The notes under the pieces: generated by a model
The model's database searches: none
Seen by the model: the letters and a program-made list of their open reading frames with translations, nothing else
Told to the model about the DNA's origin: nothing
Part shown: positions 50,491 through 64,000 of the stretch, piece by piece
Layout of the letters: every line of letters begins with the position of its first letter
Numbering within the stretch: the stretch's first letter is position 1
Translations under genes and position numbers: made by a program
Origin: Eledone cirrhosa
Taxonomy: Eukaryota
DNA length: 64,000 nucleotides
NCBI GenBank assembly: GCA_964016885.1
Contig: OZ024742.1
Span: 197,222,001 to 197,286,000 of the forward strand
Direction of reading: 5' to 3'

Positions 50491-52696
50491 AGTAGAAAGG
50501 GTATTTAATTTGTTGGGAGTCCGACAAAAAATTCGTTTCCAATATAATATTTTCTGTTATAAGTAGATAAATATATAACTAAATAAATAATCAATAAATA
50601 AATAAATAAATAGATGGTTATATCATGTTATAGATAATTGTTTTAATGAGTTATGAGGGATAATGGTTTTGTATTTAATGTAAATAAATAGTAAGTTAAA
50701 TTAAATTAAATTAACAGAGCTAATAAGAATATTTATATTTATATATTTTAAAATGGGAAGATACCGAAAAACTCCAGTTTAATTTATTTATTCGTTAGTA
50801 TGAGACTATTTAGTCAAAATAAGTATAAATGTTGAAAGATATATTTAGCCAGACTTAGTTAGTGGTTATAAATCTAATAAAAAATATTGAAAAAATATAA
50901 AAAATTTGGAAAAAAAAAAAATAATAATAATTTAAGAGATAAGTAATTAAAAAAAAAAAAATTAAAGAAATAAAAAAAAAAAATTAAAAATTATTAAGAT
51001 TAAAATTACAATTAAAATTAAAATTAAAATTAAAAAAAATTAAAAAAATTAGAATTATATATGTATATATTTTATGAAACTTTAAGAAGTGGAATTATAG
51101 CAAATGTTATAGATATGATTTAGAGATATCGATATATTAAAACCAAGTGGATAAGATTGTTATGGAAATAAGTAGAAATATTATAAGTATAATTATAATT
51201 ATAATTAAATGTTGAATTCAAGCGATGTCTACAAGAATTAAATAATTCGTTCTTACAAAATACAAAATTCCTTTACAAAATAAGTGTTTAGATAAAGACG
51301 TGGTCTATAAATGTACAGTCAAAACCAGTGATAATATATTTAACTATGTAGGTGCAACTTCTACAGAATTTAAAAGTCGCGAATAATCACGACTGCTCTT
51401 TCAAAAGATTTGATAAAAAATCTTCAACTTCTCTTTCAATCCTGATATGGAACTTAAAATGCAAGAATATGGACTATTCTTTAGCTTGGGAAATAATTTC
51501 GAAAGTCCGCCCGTACCGAAACACAGCTTTATCTAGATTCTGCAAATTATGTGTTGAGGACATTTTTTTCATACTTAAATTTAAGAACTCTATTAATCTA
51601 AGAACAAATTTATTTAATTCTTGTAGACATCGCCTGAATTCAACATTTAGAACTATATATAAATTATAATTATACTTATAATATTTTTACTTATTTCCAT
51701 AACAATCTTATCCACTTGGTTTTAAGATATTGATATCTCTAAATCATATCTATAAAATTTGTTATAATTCCACTTCTTAAAGTTTCATAAAATATATACA
51801 TATATAATTCTAATTTTTTTTTATTTATTTAAATTTTAATTGTAATTTTAATCTTAATAATTTTTAATTCTTTATTTTCTTTAATTTTTTTTTTTAAAAT
51901 ACTTATCTCCTACAAATTATTTAAAAAAAATTTTCTCAAATTTTTAATATTTTTTCAATATTTTTTAGATTTATAACCACTGGTTATAAGTCTGGCTAAA
52001 TATATCTTTCAACATTTATACTTATTTTGATTAAATAGTCTCATACTAACGAATAAATAAATTGAACCGGAGTTTTAAATATTCTTATTAACTCAGTTAA
52101 TTTAATTTAATTTAACTTAATATTTACTTACATTAAATACAAAACCAATATCCCTCATAACTCATTAAAACAATTATCTATAACATGATATACCCTTCTA
52201 TTTATTTATTTATTTATCTACTTATAACAGACAATATTATATTAGAAACGAATTTTAAACAACTAATAATCGTAAATACACGTACTATTAAGATATATAC
52301 TTAGAAAATATTTCCCTCAAATTAATGTTATATGAGGTTTATTCACCCTCTCTTGTTTATTTCTTCTCTCTATTTCCCTCGTACTATTTTTTATCTTTAT
52401 CCCCTAATATCTTCTCTCTCTCTTTCTCCAGTGTCATTTAAATAAACGGTTGTTTTTCAATTATTTACATAGTCATTTGCATATTCACACATAAGTTTGA
52501 ATAATCCCTAATATATTTCCACTATCCAGTGAATTTCCAACCGATAAGGTATGACTTTCATGGGTATGTCTCTATTTAAAAAACAAACTTTGTATTTTAT
52601 CTGATGAAAGCGTACCAATGTTCTCTTGGTACCCTTGAAATATATATAATAAAATAAATATGATTTTATAAATATAGTTTCCATTTATTTAATATC

Positions 52697-52700
<4 letters not shown>
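50487..52700 (+). mobile_element. 5'-truncated Naiad-like PLE family N3 with ~600-670 bp inverted duplication
   Basis: GIY-YIG remnant at 51280-51669 (KCLDKDVVYKC..YVGAT, CKLC, CRHR); 50534-51208 is the reverse complement of 51660-52256. Confidence 0.85.
52593..52656 (+). ncRNA. type I hammerhead ribozyme
   Basis: tattttat CTGATGA aagcgtaccaa...ttggtaccctt GAAA tatat ATA ataaaata. Confidence 0.88.
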
Positions 52701-52781
<81 letters not shown>

Positions 52782-52786
<5 letters not shown>

Positions 52787-53530
52787 CGGCAGAAGCAAGG
52801 GGGTCAACCGTGAATGTATTTCGAACTGGACTGGTGCTCGTCAGGACGATCTCTCCCGCTCTTGCAACTGCTGGACAGGCGAAAGTGTATAGTTTTTCCG
52901 TCTGTGTAAATGAGGTGATTAATCTCATTTGAATATGAAGCTGTATAAGTTGTCTCAACTTATAATAGAGTAGAATTAGAATTTAGCTGTATACAATAAT
53001 AGAGTAGAATTAGAATTTAGCTGTATACAATAATAGAGTAGAATTAGAACTTAGCTGTATACAATAATAGAGTAGAATTAGAACTTAGCTGTATACAATA
53101 ATAGAGTAGAATTGGAACTTAGCTGTATACAATAATAGAGTAGAATTAGAACTTAGCTGTATACAATAATAGAGGAGAATTAGAACTTAGCTGTATACAA
53201 TAATAGAGTAGAATTAGAACTTAGCTGTATACAATAATAGAGGAGAATTAGAACTTAGCTGTATACAATAATAGAGTAGAATTAGAACTTAGCTGTATAC
53301 AATAATAGAGGAGAATTAGAACTTAGCTGTATACAATAATAGAGGAGAATTAGAACTTAGCTGTATACAATAATAGAGAAGAATTAGAACTTAGCTTCGA
53401 ACATAGCTGTATACAAACGAAAGAACTATATATTTTCGCATTCCGTTGCAAGAGCGGGAGAGACCTCCCGACGAGAACCAGTCGAGTTCGAAATGCATCG
53501 ACGGTTGTCGCTCTTGCTTCTATCAAACAC
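52782..53530. mobile_element. element with ~88-bp imperfect inverted arms, each carrying an HHR, enclosing a minisatellite
   Basis: 52782-52869 versus 53443-53530; consensus cgtc CTGACGA gaac..gttc GAAA tgc ATC gacg. Confidence 0.75.
52962..53396. repeat. 34-bp minisatellite, ~13 copies
   Basis: Unit AATAATAGAGTAGAATTAGAACTTAGCTGTATAC, contiguous, no spacers. Confidence 0.95.
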
Positions 53531-53854
53531 CGCTCGGTGGCGATGGTTGCCAGTGTTATTCATAGCTATGGCTTTCTAAATGTTTATTTATAAACATACC
53601 GTATTTCTTTAGAAATACGAAATTCAAATACATATTAGTATACACTATGTTTTCTTTTTTGTCGTTCTCTTCGTTATCATCTGTGTTTTTAATTTTTGTT
53701 GTGTCCCCCCCCCCCCCCCACCCCGTCCCCCGGATAGCTATTCCTTTTAGTTATCGACGTACTGTGGTAAGAAGTACTGTCTCGAAATATCAGTTATCCA
53801 CTTAAGACAGCTGATCAGCGGGAATTGTCCTTGTGTTTATGTTTGTGTTTCTCT

Positions 53855-56084
<2,230 letters not shown>

Positions 56085-56231
56085 GCTGAAGGAAACAACA
56101 AACAGGGGTAGAAAATGTCTTATTTGTTTCACGCTTTATATGGAAAAGGGGAAAGACAGTCCGGCGTGTCGGGTTTTAGCCCTTCTTCAGCAGTACAGAA
56201 ATAGAGACATGATCACAAAGGATAGATACAG

Positions 56232-56317
<86 letters not shown>

Positions 56318-56320
<3 letters not shown>

Positions 56321-56701
56321 GGTGCGAGCCATATTTGTTCGCAAGATTAATGTGTAGGAAAGAATAACACAGTAGTTTTATTTTTTTAAGATTTATTTAT
56401 CAAACTTGGGTCAGTTTGTCTGCATGACTTTGGGCACGTCTTTGGATGAGACAGCGAACCACCTGTTGTTCTGGGAGTTGATCTTCTGGTCTTATTTGTC
56501 CTCCCGGCGCGGATTCAAAGAAGAAATCCGTGTCTCTTCCACAAATTTAGAGGTTCAAAATTATTCATAATCAATTATTCTGAAAATAAATAATGGAAAT
56601 ATAGTCACTGTTTTTATGAAGACAAGAGTGACAACGGGAGTAAAAAAAATTTCCATAAAATTACCAGTGGAAAATTGCAAACAAATATCGTCCGCACCCT
56701 G
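56318..56701. mobile_element. Tc1/mariner-type MITE in TA sites
   Basis: TIRs CAGGGTGCGAGCCATATTTGTTCGCA / TGCAAACAAATATCGTCCGCACCCTG, flanked by TA. Confidence 0.85.
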
Positions 56702-57171
56702 TATATATATATATATATATATAACGAAGGAGTTGTGGTAAGGAACCAGATGGCCCATAACGCGCCAGAGTACTTAATACTTAGGGTAGTAGAGTGGGTA
56801 ATAGGAAAATGTTGAACCCCGGCGGCAGTGCTCAAGCCGTTTCGACGGCTATTTCTGGACTTAATTAGAATTTTTAGCCAGCTAAATAAATAGCCGAACT
56901 TTTCAAGGGGTACTTCCTTATATGGGAAGATTGTAGTTGTCAAGATGATTGGTCAACATTTCTTGTAAACACAATTAAGTCTATCATGGCAGTGGGTGGG
57001 ATGTGGGGATGGCTGAACTTGCCTGTAGAGCAATGAGTGTGTTATGGTCCATCTGGTTCCTTACCACAACTCCTTCGTTATCTAGCTCCTACCTCCGCAG
57101 TAGAGCACTTTCCGACCCTACCACGCCATATCCTGACCTTTCCACCTAGCTAAAATTTAATTACCCGCACC

Positions 57172-59286
57172 ATGCGAAAACACACTATCGACTTCTCCAC
57201 CAAGAACATCCCAGTTCCACCGAGAAAACTTTACCTTCGGATGCTCACGCAAAAAATCGACCTTTTTGCGAAAAGACTAAGATGGAGAACATTTTTCTAC
57301 GATAGATACCGCGACAACCAGGACTTCGAGACCAAGGAGAGATTCGGATTCAATACCTACAAATATCCCCCCACCGAACTCTATGCTCTCACCCTTCGAG
57401 AACGACCTTTTCCACCTGGTCAAGGGTATTAAATTCAAACCCAGACATAACAGATTCCTACAACAACTCCGTAGCAAAATAACGGAGTATGAAAGCAATA
57501 ACGATATCCTGGTGCACTCGGATAAAACTGGTAACCTCTACTTCGTCAACCCCGACAGATACCACACACTGATCAGGAGCAGCCTGAATTCCATCTACAA
57601 AAAGGCTAACCATTCAATTATCAAGGACATAAATCTAGATGGACAACAAATTACCTCTAGGCTCGGGTCGCGGACCGCACTGAACCCCTCGACCCACGGT
57701 CTCCCTACTTCATACCGAAGGAACATAAATCCGACTTCGACCGCAAACCATCCATCATATTTATAAACCCGATGAAGTCGGACATAGGGAGAATCAGTAA
57801 AAAGGTCCTAGACCGCGTTATACAAAAAGTTAAGCGAAACGTGAGACTTAGCGTATGGGTCAGCACCCAGGAAGTAATCTCATGCTTCAGGAATATTGAG
57901 GACAAACGGGACACAAAATTCATCCAGTTTGACACAGAGAGTTACTATGCATCTATTACCTTACCGCTTACGGCCGCTTTGGACTTTGCCAAAACACTCA
58001 CACCCATCACCGACCAGGAAGGCAGTCCTACTTTTCGACAACTCCAAGGGGATAAAGAGAGCTCCTGACTTCCCCTTCGACGGCAGTATGGGCGCGACCG
58101 ATTCGGCCGATGTCACTGATCTTATAGGATTATTTCTACTACTTAAACTCACCGAAATGTTTCCTGCATTCGGCGGTGGATTGTACCGAGACGATGGGCT
58201 CCTTACCCTTAAAGGGTACAACCCCAGTAGTACAGACCGGGTCCGTAAACAACTAATAAACTTCTTCCGAGACTGGGGATTTAAAATCACCCTACAAACG
58301 TCCCTAACCCGAATCAATTTCCTGGACGTTACCCTCAACCTCGAAAATGATCTGTACTATCCATACAGGAACCCAAACGACAACCTGCACTACATCCACT
58401 GCCGCTCTAACCATCCTAAAAACATCATCAATAACCTGGTTAAAAAACATCTCCCTCCGCATATCTCGTTTGTCCACTAATGAGCAGATATTCGACGAAA
58501 ATTTGCCTCATTACAACAAGGCCCTCAAGCGAAGCGGCTTCGGGGAGGAAATATTCTTTTATCCAGCTTCCCTTAGCAGAACCAGCAGGCGACGCAGCCG
58601 CTCACGCCATGTAACGTGGTGCAACCCTCCCCACAATGCCGAGGTGGAAAAACATATCGGGAAAATCTTATTTAGGCTTCTCGAAAAACACTTCCCACCA
58701 CAACACCGCTACCACAACATAATCAATAAAAAACACTCTCAAACTCTACTACAGCACCACACCCAACTTCTCACAAAACATCGTCTCCTCAAACAACAAA
58801 AAACTCAACACCTATGGAAGAAACAAGATAGACATTAGTGGAGAGCCGACCAGGAGGTGTAACTGCCCTGATAGATCTATGTGTTCACTCAACAACAGAT
58901 GCTGAGAACGTAACGTGATCTACCAGTGCAACGTGAGGACGGACACCTCCAACAAAGCTTATATAGGATTAACGGCTTGTGACTTTAAGACCCGGCTCTA
59001 CCAACACCGACCTACGTTTCGAAACCCGGTCCGACACTTTCGGGCTACATCTGGGACCTCCAAGATAATAACATAACATACAATCTTACTTGGAGCTTAC
59101 TGTCCAGAGATAACTCCTACACGGGAGGACGCCGTCCGTGTAACTTATGCTCGGAGGAAACATTACAAATGCTGTTTACGAAGGACCAACTCCTAAACAA
59201 AAAAGACGAACTGGTAACTGCATGCAAACACCGATTGCGTAGGACTTACCTCACTCTCAAACCCCCTAACAACCCGGGTGGGTAGA
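57172..59286 (+). pseudogene. PLE RT + GIY-YIG polyprotein, multiple frameshifts
   Basis: FSTKNIP, KRLRWR, SDKTGNLY, FDTESYYASI, MGATDSA, YRDDGL, NFLDVTLNL, SNHP, CNC..C..C, AYIGLT, CNLC, CKHR. Confidence 0.92.
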
Positions 59287-60061
59287 CAATGGCTGAAACA
59301 TCCCACTTGCCGAATAAGATAGGGGAAACCCCAGCTGACATAGGTAGATGTACCTCTTCGTTTCCTATCTGTTTTCTTCTTCCCTATGTCTCCTCCTATC
59401 ACTTCCTTCCACTCCCGATCCTCTTTCTTTTTTCCCCTTTCGCCTTCCCCGAGGCAGTCCATCGGGCCTCTGTAGCCTCAGTACCCCATCCCAGTAAATT
59501 AAAGATAGCATTGGCCGAAAACGCAATACTAACTAATCATAGCAGCTGTGTTAGACCCCAGAGATTTTGTATTACTTTTTACTACACAATTCTATAATTT
59601 CAAAAATTCTTATTTAGTATCTTCTATTCTCAACTTATTAACCTATTCTATAGCATTGGCCGAAAAATCAACACCAACTAAATATAGCAGCTGTCTTAGA
59701 CTCCACAGTTTTTGTTTTTTATCACTTCTTACTATCCAATTTTATATTTTTATATATCTTTCTCTTATTTTTTTATTGTCTCCAAATCTCAATTGATTTA
59801 CCTATTCTATAACGTCCCTCCTCTATTTCCTCCAGAACCCTTTTCGCCTACTTCCTCTGACCTACTTTCATACACAATCCTTAGAATTTGCTGTATAGAT
59901 TTCACTTTCAACGCTTGACCGGCCCCATCCACTCCCTCATTGCTCTACAGGCAAGTTCAGCCATCCCCACATCCCACCCACTGCCATGATAGAGTTAATT
60001 GTGTTTACAAGAAATTTTGACCAAACCTCTTGACAACTACAATCTTCCCATATAAGGAAGT

Positions 60062-60157
60062 ATCCCTTGAAAAGTTCGGCTATTTATTTAGCAGGCTAAA
60101 AATTCTAATTTAGTCCAGAAATAGCCGTCGAAACGGCTTGGGCTCTGCCGTCGGGGT
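60062..60157 (+). ncRNA. type I hammerhead ribozyme variant with U3-A8 pair and long stem II
   Basis: atccc TTGAAAA g.tcggcta...tagccg.c GAAA cggc...gcc GTC ggggt; second copy on minus strand at 56816-56911. Confidence 0.7.
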
Positions 60158-60186
60158 CATACATTTTCCTATATATATATATATTT

Positions 60187-62250
<2,064 letters not shown>

Positions 62251-62509
62251 TTTATCGAGTGAAAAATAGTTTAATTAGGAATAATTTTGAGATAGAGTGC
62301 TCGTGATTTTTGCTCTAATCTGATTAGTTTTGGAAATTCTTCCTGTTTTATGTGAAAAAAGTGGCTTGGGAGGTATTAAGATTTGGTTGGTTGTTGAATG
62401 TCACGTGAATAAGCACTATAAATTTCACGCCAATTTGTGTTGCCAAAATTCTTGTAGTCAAAACAATTTTCACTGGGAAAAATTTGTCAGCATTTTCTTT
62501 TCCTGTTTA

Positions 62510-62568
<59 letters not shown>

Positions 62569-62579
62569 AGGGTCCTGGC

Positions 62580-62670
62580 TCTTTTCCTATTACCCACTCT
62601 ACTACCCTAAGTATTGAGTACTCTGGTACGTTATGGTCCACCTGGTATCTTACCACACCCTCTTTGCGGT
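62580..62670 (+). mobile_element. PLE family N2-related pLTR fragment
   Basis: TTTTCCTATTACCCACTCTACTACCCTAAGTATT matches the reverse complement of 56730-56810; similar fragments at 43684-43822 and 44008-44052. Confidence 0.75.
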
Positions 62671-62980
62671 AATATATATATATATACACACACACATATA
62701 ATATTTTCATATTCGTTATTTTTGCAAGAAAATGTGCTATGTTGATGAAATAAGGATTAACTTTTTCACCACCCTCTATATATATATATATGTGTGTGTG
62801 TGTGTATGTGTGTATGTGTGTGCGTGCGTGCGTGTGTGTTTGTGTGTGTGTGTGTGTATGTGCGTCTATGTGTGTGTATTGATCCCGAGCAGAATTTGTG
62901 GTACTCTATATAAAATCTTTGGTATATATATTTTCATATATATATATATATCCCAACTCGTGTGCCCCTTCTCCACATTT

Positions 62981-63050
<70 letters not shown>

Positions 63051-63690
63051 TATATATATATATAATAAATACGCATTTGTACATATACACCACAAGTTTA
63101 ACCGAGACTGCGTGAATATGTATATGAATATACGCATTAGGTGTATAGACATGCAAACATATCCCATTTACTTATTTCCCCTGTAGGTTGTAAGTTGAAA
63201 AAATGATCTACATCTTTAATCGTTTTTTTCAACCCTCAGAGGATATCTACATCACTCCGCCACCTAAAATGGCAGGGACGTACCTAACCGATGGCCTTAT
63301 ATAGCCTTTCAAATATAGCAGTAATCATGTGATGTGGTACTAATTTGCATATTATTCGTGCTTATGTTGGTCGCTAACTATTAGTAATATTTTAAGGCGT
63401 CTGTTCACTGTAACAGCTGTACATACTGCGTTCATTGATATTTCTTTTTTCTAAATTACTTTCAAAATATTGTGAAACTAAACAAATCTGCGATCAGAGA
63501 TATCCTCAAAGTTATCAACAGACATAAATTTCTGTTTCATTAATTTTAAAAGCAACGGAGTTTCCTCTTTGTTGCAGACAACTTCATGCTGTAACTTCAA
63601 TGGATTGCCCAGAGAGTTTCTGAATAATTGAAAAGAGAAAACCAAGACATTACATTGTCTTGCCGGTCCAGTTGCATATATATCAAATAG

Positions 63691-63868
63691 TTGTTTTTAG
63701 TTTTGGCACAAGGCCAGCAATTACCCAGTACATTACTGGTACTTTATTTTATCGACCCCGTAAGGATGAAAGGAAAAGTTAACCTCGACGGGATTTGAAC
63801 TCAGACCGTAAAGGGACGTAACTATGCTGGAAAGCATGGCGTCCGACCCTCTACCGATACTTCCAATT
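63691..63868 (-). mobile_element. SINE family A
   Basis: Head, B box, core and tail; ATCAAATAGT on both sides (possible TSD). Confidence 0.85.
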
Positions 63869-63890
63869 CAATCAAATAGTAATGTGATAT

Positions 63891-64000
63891 AAGGCAGTGA
63901 ATTTGTCAGAGTGGTTAGAGCGTCAGCTAGAATGATTTGCAGTGTTCGTTTCGATTCTCAGTTCTCAGTTCAAATCCCGTTGCAGTCAACTTCCCTTTTC
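63891..64000 (+). mobile_element. SINE 5' part truncated by window end
   Basis: AAGGCAGTGAATTTGTCAGAGTGGTTAGAGCG...GTTCAAATCCC. Confidence 0.7.

Larger units (their letters stand above)
56722..60170 (+). mobile_element. full-length but frameshifted Naiad-like PLE family N2 with inverted 5' pLTR
   Basis: 56800-57037 is the reverse complement of 59935-60170; 56722-56762 is inverted at 57040-57080; (TA)n on both flanks. Confidence 0.92.

Noticed and set aside
52962-53396. 34-bp array as a CRISPR array
   Set aside because: Units are contiguous with no unique spacers, there are no cas genes, and the context is eukaryotic.
53745-53797. Hairpin followed by GAAATATC as a hammerhead
   Set aside because: The CUGANGA half is not recognisable; at best a deleted remnant.
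63478-63645. Possible minus-strand exon after TTTTCTCTTTTCAATTATTCAG (NSLGNPLKLQHEVVC...)
   Set aside because: Only ~45 codons with no recognisable homology or partner exons; cannot be supported from sequence alone.

Overview
This is repeat-dominated, AT-rich eukaryotic genomic DNA. The SINE families and (TA)n/(CA)n/(TAA)n microsatellite load suggest an octopod cephalopod (inference). No intact host protein-coding gene is supported, and most ORF-track entries are microsatellite artefacts. The window contains: (i) a pile-up of non-LTR retrotransposons at 0.8-7.8 kb (two RTE-clade 3' ends, a decayed Tx1/L1-clade element, and a 5'-truncated R4/Dong-like element with a restriction-like endonuclease); (ii) a decayed autonomous Helitron at 9.2-15.1 kb and a complete non-autonomous Helitron at 42150-43608; (iii) many tRNA-derived SINEs, bipartite RTE derivatives and MITEs; (iv) at least five families of Penelope-like elements (PLEs; GIY-YIG, several Naiad-like), mostly sitting in (TA)n tracts and repeatedly arranged as long inverted repeats. 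The most striking signal is about 20 type I hammerhead ribozyme (HHR) motifs from about 10 sequence families, folded by eye. They include non-canonical cores (compensatory U3-A8, U4A, U4C, GACA), expanded stem II forms, a 418-419 bp HHR tandem with no ORF (retrozyme-like), and inverted HHR arms enclosing a 34-bp minisatellite. All folds and family assignments are manual and need computational or experimental confirmation.
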